From contig NC_042997.1 of assembly GCF_006345805.1 (NCBI RefSeq), positions 209,808,001 through 209,872,000 on the forward strand: a stretch of 64,000 bases of DNA. Reading direction: 5' to 3'. This DNA is from Octopus sinensis. Its lineage: Eukaryota. This document shows, one piece after another, positions 41,441 through 53,469 of this stretch. The translations under genes and the position numbers were made by a program. Under the pieces are notes generated by a model. That model did not search any database. It was not told where the DNA came from and worked only from the letters and a program-made list of their open reading frames with translations. How positions within the stretch are numbered: position 1 is the stretch's first letter; the number at the start of each line of letters is the position of its first letter.

Positions 41441-41592
41441 GACTGCAAGGATTTTTCTCTTGGGGACAACAAAGTCTAGCAAAAGGTCCTTGCTGAAAAC
41501 TTTGTTAAAGGATCAGTTTCAGGAGTCTGGTGCCGAAGGTGATGAAGGCGTTACACTGTGGCAATGGCATCCTTTCAAGAATCAACAAAATT
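41441..41592 (+). CDS. Roco-like (Roc-COR) gene exon: degenerate P-loop/G1 and G2 region
   Basis: tgtAG|...|GTaggt boundaries. Translates TARIFLLGTTKSSKRSLLKTLL...EGVTLWQWHPF, i.e. a Roc beta1 plus GxxxxGKT-like loop and a GI-x-x-x-x-W strand. Confidence 0.8.
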
Positions 41593-41825
41593 GTAGGTCC
41601 TTTACGTTGTTATTTTTGTTGTTGAATGTTGTTGTTGTTAAGCCCTAGTTCAGATCTGAATGAGCAGACCTATGATCAGAAACATTCCAGCCTTGACCAT
41701 CCCATCATGTTATTCCAGATGTAGCATAACCAAGACTGTTTTATTGTTTTTTTTGTACATTTCAGCCCCAAGGTTGTGGCCATGCTGGAGCAGCGCCTGT
41801 AAAAATATTTTTTAATATGCTGGAC

Positions 41826-41897
41826 TGCCGTGACCAGGATTCAAACCTAGGTTACCACGGCCTCAATGTGGGGTCCTCACTACTGGATGATCACAAC
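41826..41897 (-). pseudogene. tRNA-His-derived pseudogene (anticodon now GAG)
   Basis: The minus strand reads GTTGTGATCATCCAGTAGTGAGGACCCCACATTGAGGCCGTGGTAACCTAGGTTTGAATCCTGGTCACGGCA. This is collinear with invertebrate tRNA-His(GTG) but has CpG decay and damaged A and B boxes. Confidence 0.85.
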
Positions 41898-42703
41898 CTT
41901 CATTTGGTTTTAAATATTAGGTTGTAATATGAGGGAGACTTGGCTGCTATTTCTGATGTATGCAGGCATCTTTATATATATGTGTGCATGTGTATGTGTG
42001 TGTATCATCATCATCATTTAACGTCCTTTTTCCATGCTGGTATGGGTTGGATAATTTGACAGGAACAGACAAGCCAGAGGGCTCTGCCAGGTTCTATGTC
42101 TGTTTTGGCATGGTTTTTATAGCTAGATGCCCTTCTTAATGCCAACCACTTAATAGAGTTTACTGGGTGCTCACTTGTGAGTGGATTTGGAAGATGGAAA
42201 CTGAAAGAAGCCTGTCCTATATATATATGTATATATACGTATTTGTGTGTCTGTGTTTGTCTCCCCCAATATTGCTTCATAGCCAATGTTGGTGTGTTTA
42301 CGTCCCCCATAACTTAGCTGTTCAGCAAAAAGAGACTGACAGAATAAGTATACTAGGCTTACAAAGAATGAGTCCTGGGATCGATTTGTTTGACTAAAGG
42401 CGGTGCTCCAGCATGGTCGCAGTCAAATGACTGAAACAAGTAAAAGAATAAAAGAATTTCTTTTAGAGCAGTGAGTTGGTGGAAAGCCCAGAGCATCAGA
42501 AAAAATATCTTGGAGCATTTGCTTCAGGTCTGAAAGTCATGAGATCAATTCTGACCGAAGTCAAGAACCAGGGGTGATGTAAATCATATCACCAACTGCA
42601 AACCCCACCCAACCACAAATTCCAGGCCCTGTACCTGTGTTAGAAACAGTTATTGGTTAATACTTTACATGGTTTCTAACATTAGAGAGTAATATCTTTT
42701 CAG

Positions 42704-42780
42704 GTGATTTAGTGGAAAAATATATGACAGAAGATTTAAAAGACTCACAAATAGAAATTTGGGAACTCTCAGACAATCAG
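42704..42780 (+). CDS. Roco-like gene exon: G3 region
   Basis: ttttcAG|...CAG|GTtggt, phase 1 to 0. Translates DLVEKYMTEDLKDSQIEIWELSDNQ, occupying the position of Roc 'WDFAGQ'. Confidence 0.8.
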
Positions 42781-42815
42781 GTTGGTAGCTTTTGTTTCTC
42801 TAACACAAATATTTA

Positions 42816-43336
42816 TGGAGTAAAGGTTATTTTCCAACATAACATAGCTGTCCTGGTTTAGGACAAATGTTGCTGTAATTTAGCCCCAGGAGACGTCATC
42901 TCCAGCTGGCTATATGACCCAATCTGTGTCCTTATATTTTTGAACAAGGGAATCTAGCACCCCCACTCAGCTCAAAGCAATATCTGTGTATCGCAATTTC
43001 CAGGTTATTTCCCTTCATCAGTACAGAATAATTGTTCAGCTAGAGGTGGTGCTGCCAAATTCCTGTTGAAAACTATACATTTCGAACAGGAATTTGGCAG
43101 CACCACCTCTAACTGAACAATTATTCTATGCTGATGAAGGGAAATAACCTGGAAATCGTGATACACAGATATTGTTTGAGCTGAGTGGGGGTGCTAGATT
43201 CCTTTGTTAAAAAAATGTAAGGATACAGATCGTGTTGTATAGCCAGCTGGAGACATTGTCTCCTGGGGCTAAATTACAGCAACATTCATCCTAAACCAGG
43301 ACTGCCATGTTATGTTGGCAAATAATCTTTACTCCA
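42816..43336. repeat. ~520-bp foldback (~255-bp arms, ~8-nt loop) carrying family-C hammerhead-like motifs (42983-43027 minus, 43125-43169 plus)
   Basis: The arms are reverse complements throughout, centred at ~43075. The inferred two-arm consensus is TCTGTG-CTGATGA-AGG(gaaataa)CCTG-GAAA-TCGCGA-TA-CACAGA. Confidence 0.85.
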
Positions 43337-43685
43337 AAGTACTGTTGCTGAATATCTCTCGTTGTAAGATTTACAAATAGTAATTTTCTAACAAATATTT
43401 ATAGTCACTGACTTCTCTCTCCCATCCTACTCTCTCTCTCTCTATTTCTCTACTTATCACTCTTTCTCCCTCTTCCTTCCCCCCTCTCTTTATGTATCTC
43501 ATTGTTTATGCATACAAACACACACACACACATCTCTGACTCTAGATATCTTTTTCTCTCTCACTTCCCCTCTGTTTTTCTCACTACACATTATCTCTGG
43601 CTTAATCCATCCATCCATCAATACATCATCCAATACTCACACACATGCATATATACAATCATATATAAATATATATAGATGTGTG

Positions 43686-43757
<72 letters not shown>

Positions 43758-43764
<7 letters not shown>

Positions 43765-43974
43765 GGGTAGGCTAGTTTATGGGGTGACTGTGGGTTTCTC
43801 ACACATAAGGGGTTTAGCTTTACGGCATATCTTCAGACCCCAAACACTGCTGGCCTGAGACTTCTTTAAAATCTCAGAGGTCCCAGGCCAGCAGTGTTTG
43901 GGGGTCTGAAGATACATCATAAAGTAAAACCTCTTATGAGTGAGAAACCCAGGACAACCCCATAAACCACTATA
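43758..43974. repeat. ~215-bp foldback carrying family-D hammerhead motifs (43781-43841 minus, 43901-43961 plus)
   Basis: Inverted arms around ttaaaatctc. The left arm on the minus strand reads GGGGT-CTGAAGA-stemII-GAAA-C(ccaca)G-TC-ACCCC. Confidence 0.8.
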
Positions 43975-44112
43975 GTATTAACTGCTCTCTCCGGATTTAT
44001 ATATTTCTACAAACGATCCTAAATATATATATATATACACACACACACACGCATAATATATCTCAAGTTCTTTAATCACTGGTGTATTATTCTTTGCTGA
44101 CCACCCCAACAG

Positions 44113-44232
44113 GTATTTCAGAAGGTCCACCCCATCTATTACACATCAACTGCCCTCTATGTAATCACCTGTCATTCACCAAAGCCCAACTGTAAATCTG
44201 TGGTCAACTTTATCAATACGATCCAATGTAAG
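44113..44232 (+). CDS. Roco-like gene exon: Roc switch II/beta4
   Basis: caacAG|...AAG|GTaggt, 40 codons. VFQKVHPIYYTSTALYVIT parallels the LRRK2 FYSTHPHFMTQRALYLAV motif. Confidence 0.88.
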
Positions 44233-44312
44233 GTAGGTAATGCTTTCATTGTACCTTAATTACACTTTATTTAGTTTCATTCTGCTCTCATTATATCTTA
44301 ATTATTCTTTAA

Positions 44313-44810
44313 CCCTTTAGCGTTCAGATTAACCCTTCTGAAACCACCTCTGGTTCTGTAGTACAAATGTATTGTTTTCAAAAATTCTGCATTAAAATCT
44401 TCCATCAAACCTTAGTCACAATTTATGTTCTTAACACTAGCTGAATGATAACTAATTTATTTTACTAAATTCTTTGTTATATTTAAAATTAATTGAAAGA
44501 AACACAGAGCATCTCAACAGAAATATGGTAACAAAAGGGTTAACAAATGATTAATTTAACCCTTTTCATACTGAGCTGGTTGAAACTGGCTCTGTCTTTA
44601 TAGTACAATTATCTTGTTTCCATAAATTTTGAATTAAAATCTTCCACCAAACCTTAGTCACAATTTATGTTCCTAACACTAGCTTAATGATAACGAAGTT
44701 ATTTTACTAAATTCTTTGTTCTATTTAAAGTAATTGAAAGAAACACAAAGCAAAATATATAATAGAGAAACAATTCTTAACCTTTTTGATACCAACATGG
44801 CTGACACCAG
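44313..44810. mobile_element. Tandem cluster of piggyBac MITE copies (44333-44539, 44560-~44750, plus end fragments)
   Basis: Repeated TTAA-CCCTT starts and the same internal body as the 36.1 and 46.5 kb copies. Confidence 0.78.
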
Positions 44811-45555
44811 TTGCAGTACTGAATAGTAATGTTTATGTGCCAACAGAATGTGACAGTCACCTGTTTCAGTCATTAGACTGTGGCCATGCTGGAGTGCTGC
44901 CTCAAAGAACTTTTAATTGAATGAGTTAACCACAGTACTTACCTTCTTTTTTTCAAGCCTGGTACTTATTCTATCACTCTCTTTTGCTCAACTGCTAAGT
45001 TACAAGGGATGTAAATGGATGTAAACACACTAACACTGGCTATCAATCAGTGGTGGTGGGGGACAAACACACATATACAACAGGCTTCTTTCAGTTTCTA
45101 TCTACCAAAATTCACTTACAAGGCTCTGGTTGGCCTGAGGCTATATTATAGTAGAAGAAACTTGCTCAAGGTGTCATGCAGTGGGACTGAACCCAGAACC
45201 ATGTGGTTGGAAAGCAAACTTCTTACTGCCTCCTCACCCCTGCACCTATATTCCTGACAGACTGGCTCCTGTGCAGGTAGCCTTTTCAGCATGGTCGTTG
45301 CCAGAACCGCCTGACTGGCCCTCGTGCCGGTGGCACGTAAAAAGCACCCACTACACTCTCGGAGTGGTTGGTGTTAGGAAGGGCGTCCAGCTGTAGCAAC
45401 ATTGCCAGATCAGATTGGAGCCTGGTGCAGCTTACTGGCTTGCCAGTCCTCACTCAAACCATCCGACCGATGCCAGCATGGAAAGCAGACGTTAAACAAT
45501 GATGATGATGATGATGATGAAATAATTTGTTTTCAAACATTTTTGTTAATTTCAG

Positions 45556-45725
45556 AATCCTGGCAGCAGTATATTAATTGTAATGATTGTAAGTGATATA
45601 AACGAGGAGGTGAAAGGGACTCGAACCTCCGTCCCTGACCAATACTTCCAATTCCTCTTGAACAGCATAATGGACAATGAGAAAAACCAACTGGACAGTC
45701 TGCAAGAGGAGATGGAACAAATTAG
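45556..45725 (+). CDS. Roco-like gene exon: G4 region and helical insert
   Basis: tttcAG|...AG|GTgag, phase 0 to 2. Translates NPGSSILIVMIVSD...LDSLQEEMEQI, with VMIVSD at the position of Roc VGTHxD. Confidence 0.85.
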
Positions 45726-46270
45726 GTGAGACCTCTACTTAGACACTGATCATTGGTCAGATTAAGTAAGATAGCCACTGGTGGCCATCACTGGTCAGTT
45801 TTGGGTAAAATTTAGTGACTGGTCATTGTTGGTTCATTAATTAAAATAAATTATGTGTTGGTGTTCATAAAAAGCACCCAATACATTCTAGAAAGTGGTT
45901 GGAGTTAAAAAGGGCTTCCAACAGTCGAAAGCATGCCAAAACAGACAATTGGGGCCTGGTGCAACCCTCTGGTTTGCCAAATTCTGTTCAAATGTACAAT
46001 CCATGCCAGCATGGCAAATGGATGTTAATTGATGATGATGACAGCAACAACGACGGCGATGATGATGATATGGATGCTGGAATAGATCAAAATCCCAGAT
46101 CGTCAAGCAGGAAGTTCAATTGGTTATGACTAATATCATAAACTGACCAATCACATATATTAAATATACAACACCTGGCATTCCATTTATTTCCTTCTCT
46201 GATCAAGTTCAGAATTAAAATCTTGAATATAATCAGAGAAGGGAACAAGCGGAATACCAGACTTTTATAT

Positions 46271-46428
46271 TAAGGGTTAGTTACCTATCTATGTTTGTTA
46301 TCTATGATCACAGAAGGGACAGTTATCTACTCATGTTTATTAAAGGGTCACTCACCTACCTATGATTGCTAAAGGGTCAGTTTCCTACCTGTGTTTGTGA
46401 AGGAGTCAGTTACTTACCTGTGATTACA
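46271..46428. repeat. Degenerate ~29-bp minisatellite (AAGGGTCAGTTACCTACCTRTG...)
   Basis: About five successive imperfect units. Confidence 0.65.
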
Positions 46429-46448
46429 AACAGTCCCTGCATTATTAA

Positions 46449-46673
46449 CCCTTTCGTTACCAACCCGACAGAAACCACCTCTGGCTCTGTAGCACAAATG
46501 ACTTGTTTTCATAAGTTTTTAATTAAAATCTTCCACCAAACCTTAGTCACAATTTATGTTCCTAACACTAGTTTAATGACAACTAAGTTATTTTACTAAA
46601 TTCTTTATTATATTTAAAATCAATTGAAAGAAACCTGACAGGGCATCTCAATAGAAATACAGTAACGAAAGGG
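46449..46673. mobile_element. piggyBac-type MITE (same family as 36.1 kb)
   Basis: TTAA TSD and perfect 12-bp TIRs CCCTTTCGTTAC / GTAACGAAAGGG. Confidence 0.88.
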
Positions 46674-46770
46674 TTAAGGTGTTCCAAAGGACCAGTTAGT
46701 AAGCTACATTTGTTTACTCTTTCATATTTTATGAAATCCCTTTTAACTTTACCAATTTCATGTTCCTTAG

Positions 46771-46885
46771 GTCCCTTGATGCAAATGAAGAAGCCACAGA
46801 GAAGATCAAGTTGTTAACCCAACTGCTACACACTCGGCCCAAGTTGCCAAAACAAGTCCACGTACTCAATTTTTCAACAAATCAG
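46771..46885 (+). CDS. Roco-like gene exon: end of helical insert, G5 region
   Basis: ccttAG|...CAG|GTttgt, phase 2 to 0. KIKLLTQLLHTRPKLPKQVHVLNFST resembles MFHAS1 QYLLNHRLQILSPVLPVS. Confidence 0.85.
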
Positions 46886-48199
46886 GTTTGTATGACTTTA
46901 CTGTTTAGGCATGGGTGTGGGTGTTTAACAAGTCTGCTTCTCTCATCCATAGTTTTGTGCTCAGCTCTGATGTAAAGTCAGAATAAGCAATGCCATGTGA
47001 GTGACATTTGCACAGCTCTCAAAAGTACCTTGGATCGTAGGCTGACATGCCGTGCTTGAGGAAACCTAGTAAGTCAAGTACACCAAAACCAAAATCAAAT
47101 GGAAATTGTAGTTGTGATCCCCATGCCAGTGACATGTAAAAAGCACCATCCAAACGTGGCCGATGCAAGCGCTGCCTCGACTGGCTTTCGTGCTGGTGGC
47201 ACGTAAAAAGCACCATTTGAACATGGCTGATGCCAGTGCCACCTTGACTGGCTTTCGTGCTGGTGGCATGTAAAAAACACCAACCAATCGTGGTTGTTGC
47301 CAGCCTCTCTCTAGCTCCTGTGCCAGTGACACGTAAAAAGGCACCCACTACACACTCAGAGTGGTTGGCATTAGGAACGGCATGCAGCTGTAAAAACACT
47401 GCCAGACCAGATTGGAGCTTGGTGCAGCCTCCTGGCTTCCCAGACTCCAGTCTAACTGTCCAACCCATGCCAGCATGGAAAACGGATGTTAAATGATGAT
47501 GATGATGAGAAACTGTATGAAGCCTGTTGTATGTTTATGTATGTATATATGTATGTATATGTATACATTTGCTGGGTCTTCTCAATCACAGCAGACCCCT
47601 GGAGATATGCTGTGACTGAGAAGACTCAGCAAGTAAATTGAGATCACAGCCGTAGCCTATACCAGTGTTGCATAAGCAGCCCACTTAAAAAAGTACCTTT
47701 GGATCATTGGGTGACACACCGTGCTTGAGGAGATATATTGGGTCAAGTAAAATCAAAATCAAAAATCAGATCAAATGGGAATTGTAGTTGTAGCCGATGT
47801 CTGACTGGCTCTTGTGCTGGTGGCACACAATAAGCACCATTCATGCATGGGTCATTGCCAGTTCCACCCGACTGGCTCCCCGTGCCAGTGACATGTAAAA
47901 ACACCATCCGAATGTGGTCAAAGCCAGCCCCCTTACCCCGACTTACCCAGTACACTCACGGAGTGGTTGGCATTAGGAAGGGCATGCAGCTGTAGAAACT
48001 TTGCCAGATCGGATTGGAGCCTGGTGCAGCCATCTGGTTTGCCAGTCCTCAGTCAAACCATCCAACCCATGCCAGCAAGGAAAGTGGACGTTAAACGGTG
48101 ATGATGATGATGATGATGATGCATGCATACAAGTATGTATGCACAAATGTATGTAATTATGTATGTATGTAGGTATGCCTGCATCTATGTATATGTGTC

Positions 48200-48230
<31 letters not shown>

Positions 48231-48774
48231 ATAAACGATGAGATGCAGAGGGAGAGTGAAAAGAGGGAGAAAAAGTGAGAGGTAGAGAAGTAGAGAGAGA
48301 GAGAGGGTAGGATGGGGGAGAGGGAAATAGGCAGCTGATAACGATGACAATGATGATAATGATAATCTTTCCTACTATAGGCACAAAGCCTGAAATTTGT
48401 GGGGAGGGGACTGGTCGATTACATTGATCCCAGTGTTCAACTGGTACTTAATTTATCAACCCTAAAAGTATAAAAGGGAAGTTGACCTCAGCCGAATTTG
48501 AACTCAGAACATAGCAATGGGCGAAATACTGCTAATCATTTCATCCAGCATGCTAACGATTCTGCCAGTTCACCCCACTAATGATGATAATGATAATGAT
48601 GACAATGATGATGATGATTACGCTGATGATGATAAAGTCGATAGGGACAATGATGATGGTGATGAAAATAATACACTTCTTCCTCTTTATTTCGGAGTAA
48701 ACTTATATTTTACAGTTACCATAGTAACATTCCAACCAATGATTCCTTCTCTTTCCTCCTCCTCATCTTTGCAG

Positions 48775-49005
48775 GGTTCTGACATCATACAGTCAGCTCT
48801 ACTCCGTAACTGTATTGACCAAATGCGTGACGCCAAGTGGGAACATCAAAAGGAGCTGGACATTATAAGGGACAAGATTGTTGAGTTGAAGGAATCACAA
48901 ACCATTTTAGCAACATGGTCCTCTCTTCAAGAGTATTTCTTCACTAAGATACAAACTACAAACCAAAAACTCTTTGAAAAACTGATGTCATTCCTCCACA
49001 AAACG
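48775..49005 (+). CDS. Roco-like gene exon: Roc C-terminal helix and start of COR-A
   Basis: tttgcAG|...ACG|GTaaga, 77 codons. Ends LMSFLHKT|G, the COR 'LxFLHxxG' motif. Confidence 0.88.
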
Positions 49006-50967
49006 GTAAGACATTTAAGTTTTGTTATTTTGTTGTGGAATAAGTGTGAGGTTATAGTTGTTGCTGTTGTCTCTTCTTCTTCTTCTTCTTCCAATCAGGG
49101 CTCATGCCATTAGCCACAAAGAATAATCTCTAATTCGAGCCTACTCTAAGCTACTAAGAATGCGTGTGGCAACTTCTAGGGTCTAAAAGTTTACCATACC
49201 ATGGTGGGTTACACCATGGTTCCTCTGCTTTGTGGCAGAAGTAGGCAGAAAGAGTGAGAGAAAGTTGTGGTGAAAGAGTACAGCGGGTTTCCCCTGCCGA
49301 AGCCTCATGGTGCTTAGGTGTTTTTGCTCAATAAACACTCACAATGCCCGGTCTGGGAATCGAAACTGCATTCTTATGACAGCGAGTCTGCTGCCCTAAC
49401 CACTGGGCCATTGCGCCTCCACTGTTGCTATTGTTCTGATTAACAGCTGTAGAAAAAAGGTGAGAAAATGGGAAGGCTGGCCAGAGAACAGGCAGGGCCT
49501 GTGGAACCATTTGCTGAGTTGCCCATTTCAGTCAGTCTGTGATGAGCACTGGTCACCTACATGACCTGTCTTGACTCATGAACTGAAGATTCCCAGCCAA
49601 CTGTGAGTCGTTGCAGCTTTTCTCTTCATGAACTTCGACGACACATTGAAAGTGAGAACTTCTTGCCATGTTCAGCAACCTTCATGTGCACTTGAGGACC
49701 GCCACAAAGCATTGTTCCCATGTAGGGACTGTGTGCACATATCTGGATTGAAAGGGTTGGCCTTGTCTGTTCTCATTCAGGTTATTGGAGCACTGGATAG
49801 AATGCTTCATGGTAATTGTGTGACTCTTTGTGCTCTGAGCTGAAATCCTGCCAAAGTCAAATTATTTTTCGTTGTTGCAAGGTTGACAAAAAAACGACTG
49901 ATCTAGGGTGGCTGATTGAGGGATTGTGAAAAGTTTGCATGGCATGTAAAAAGCACCATTCAAGTGTGGTCGATGCCAGTATAGCCTGACTGGCCTTCAT
50001 GCCGGTGGCATGTAAAAAGCACCCACTACACTCTTGGAGTGATTGGCGTTACGAAGGGCATCCAACTGTAGAAACATTGCCAGATCACACTGGAGCCTGG
50101 TGCAACCACCTGGCTCTCCAGACCTCAGTCAATCTGTCCAACCCATGCCAGCATGAAAAACGGATGTTAAACAATGATGATGATGATGTATCAGCCCCAG
50201 TTTTTGCATTCCTAAAGGTGCAGGTATAGCTAAAGGTGCAAAGGATTTGGTCAATGGAAATTGAATGAAGCCCATTTAGATCATTATGAAACAGAAAATC
50301 TGAATCATAGGATCAGGGACTGTCCCACGGCTCTGTTTTGAATGCTAGCATGGGTTCGGCAGTTCTTATTTGAAGTTACTGTTCTTCCAAATTAGTCAAG
50401 GGTTCAAATCTTGCATGTACACTCTATTTTTTTTTTTTTTTGGTCAAGGCACTGGTCAAAGAAAAGAGCAGATAACATTTATAAGTCCAAGGAGAATGGT
50501 CAAATTGATCTGACATGTTATGCTTAGACAGCTCTATGTTAACAACTGCAAAGAAAACGTACATTCTTTTTGATGTTATTCATCTTCAGTGATGAGGCAT
50601 GGCACAGTGGTTAGGGTATTCAGTTTATGGTCATAAGGCCATGAGTTCAATTCCCAGCAGTGTGTTATGTCCTTGAGCAAGACACTTTATTTCTCATTGC
50701 CCCAGTCCACTCAGCTGGCAACAATGAGTACTACTTGTGTTTCAAAGGGCCAGCCTTGTTACATTCCATGTCATGCTGAATCTTCCTAAGAACTACATTA
50801 AGTGTATGCCTGGCTGTGGAGCGCTCAGCCACTTGCTTGTTAATTTCACGAGCAGGCTGTTCTGTTGATTGGATCAACTGGAACACTCATCGTCATAACC
50901 GACGAAGAGCCAGTTGATCTTTAATTCCAGATGCTGAACAACTGTAATTTCTTAATTCTTTCTTCAG

Positions 50968-51465
50968 GGAGGTATTCTTGACCTACAGAAATGTGGATGG
51001 AACCAACTCGACCTTGATAACCATTTTATTTGTGTGAATCCCCTTGTATTCACAAAACTTCTATGTCGATTCCACATTGCAGAAGAAACCCAAGAATTTC
51101 GGTTAACGTCCAGTCACTTCTGGCCAGACAAACAAAACAAACCAAGTGTGGAGAGTTTGATCGAAGTCTTAGAAACGGTTCAAGTCCGTGGAATTATTCC
51201 TGAAACGTTGTTCCCAGTTTTGTGGCAAGAGTTCCCGACTTTGGATGAAAGTCAGGTGAAGCTTCTACTTCAGGTGTTTATCAGCCTGGGTATGTTGCTT
51301 CCGCTTCATTCCAGTCTACATTGTTCATCTTTAACAACATTATCGCTACCCACATATCCAACACTTTCACCCAAGAAATATTATTATGCGTCGGTCATTG
51401 ATTGCTTCAATGACCTTCGACCTCAGCTCAACTGGACTCAAAAACCATTCCCAGGAGATTTACAG
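50968..51465 (+). CDS. Roco-like gene exon: COR-A
   Basis: ttcttcAG|...CAG|GTaaga, 166 open codons. Contains FICVNPLVFTKLL, RGIIPETLFPVLW and LLLQVFISLGML, typical COR-A segments. Confidence 0.88.
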
Positions 51466-52382
51466 GTAAGAAGACTACACACACACACACACACACACAT
51501 CATCATCATTATCCTTATCATTATTTAACATTCTTGTTCTCCGCTGGCATGGGTTGGATGATTTGACAGGATCCGACAAGCCAGAGAACACCACAGAGTT
51601 CCAATGTCTTCTTTGAAATGGTTTCTACAGCCAGATGCAATTTGATGAAGTTCTGTGGCTTGTTGGATCTTGTTAAACAATCCAACCCATACCAACATGG
51701 AACAAGGCTGTTAAATGATATATATATATATATATATATATTGATATAAAAGAAAAATATAAAGCAAAACCAAATCACTTGTAACATTCTATTCTTTCTA
51801 AACCAAATCATGTTAAATTAATAAAACCTAGTCATTCCCGACTACCGAAAAAATCCCTGATTACCTTCCCTGTCTGGAACTCCATATTTCACAACATAGC
51901 GAAGACATGTCATGATATAGGTAAAGAAATTTGAGAAATTTTAAAAGAAAATATGAAACCAGTTATTTCTCCAAAAACAATGTTACTATACACAAAATTT
52001 TATGACATTTTTCTAACATAACGATTTAAATATATTATTTAACCATATAACACAAGCCTTCTGTAGTTTTTTTCACTCTATTTTGTCTTTTATACATCCA
52101 ACCACGTGCTTTCACATACCAACTCTCTCACCTATTTAAATTAAAACACACACACACAAGTATAGTGAAGTTTTCATAAAATTTCTGTTCCTGTATTGGT
52201 CTGCCATATTGACTTCCCAAACTCCGTACAAAAGGGTGTGGTCAACTGACCTTACTCCTCCAAATAGATTTGATCCCTGTGTCTGTTGTATGAAATATTG
52301 TCTCCTCCCTTCAGTCTGTTGATGGTACAGAGTTACGTCTCCCTCATGTCTTTATCCTGTGTCCTCATTTTTTAAGATTTAA

Positions 52383-52738
52383 CTAGCCCTGTGACCCGGC
52401 AACACCGGGTCATAGTGCTAGTGCATGCATATACAGCTGCGTGCGTGCGCACATACACGCAAGTACTGTCCAAATCTCTGACCAATCACAAACAGCTAGC
52501 TGGCATTCAATTGGCGTATCAAGTTTCGGGCATTTTGATTGGGTTTTGTATAGAAAATTCACAAAAAAGTCACTTCTATTGATTTTTTAATGGCTTTGTG
52601 GGGTGGACATGTAAAGATGTGCACGGCCACCTTTGGACGGTTTTGAATGACCATAGAAAATGCGATCCCTCTAACTGAAAAATTGTGGATTTGTATAAAG
52701 GACACACACACAGACATTTTGCCGTTTATATATATAGA
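52383..52738 (-). mobile_element. Non-autonomous Helitron (356 bp)
   Basis: The minus strand begins A|TCTATATATATAA and ends with hairpin GACCCGG-tgttg-CCGGGTC then CTAG|T. Inserted between A and T with no TSD. Confidence 0.85.
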
Positions 52739-53469
52739 TGATTTAGTCTAGAAGAAGGGGTTGTGATAAAGAAAGATCGTTGGGGTTGATTTTCATCTTA
52801 AACTGCAAAGAAAACAAGGATTGGAGGGGGGTTCCATTGGGTTGATGCTTCGGTAAGAAAGGGCTGAGTGTAGTGGGTAGGGGAACATAATATGAAAGCT
52901 GGGAGGAGAGATGAGTGAGCTGGGTGGAGAAGGAACACAATCATCAAGCTACAAAGAACAGAGGCCATTGTAGTAGCAGTTGAAAGACAAAGTGAGGTAT
53001 CAGTGTAACTGTAGGTTCCAGAAGTAGACTCCATGCCAATCATTCTTTTTTTCTTATATTTGTTTCAGTCATTTGACTGCGGCCATGCTGGAGCACCGCC
53101 TTTAGTCGAACAAATCGACCCTAGGACACTTATTCTTTGTAAACCTAGGACTTATTTTATCAGTCTCTCTTTACCAAACCGCTAAGTTACGGGGACATAA
53201 ACACACCAGCATCGGTTGTCAAGCGATGTTGGGGGGACAAACACAGATGTACAAACATATATATATACGATGGGCTTCTGTCAGTTTCCATCAACCAAAT
53301 CCACTCACAAGGCTTTTGTCAGCCTGAGGTTATAGTAGAAGACCCTAACCCTAACTTGCCCAAGGTGCCACGCAGTGGGTCTGAACCCGTAACCATGTGG
53401 TTGGTAAGTAAGCTACTTACCACACAGCCACTCCTGTTTTATTTCTGTATCCGTTTAGCTTTCTGGCCA

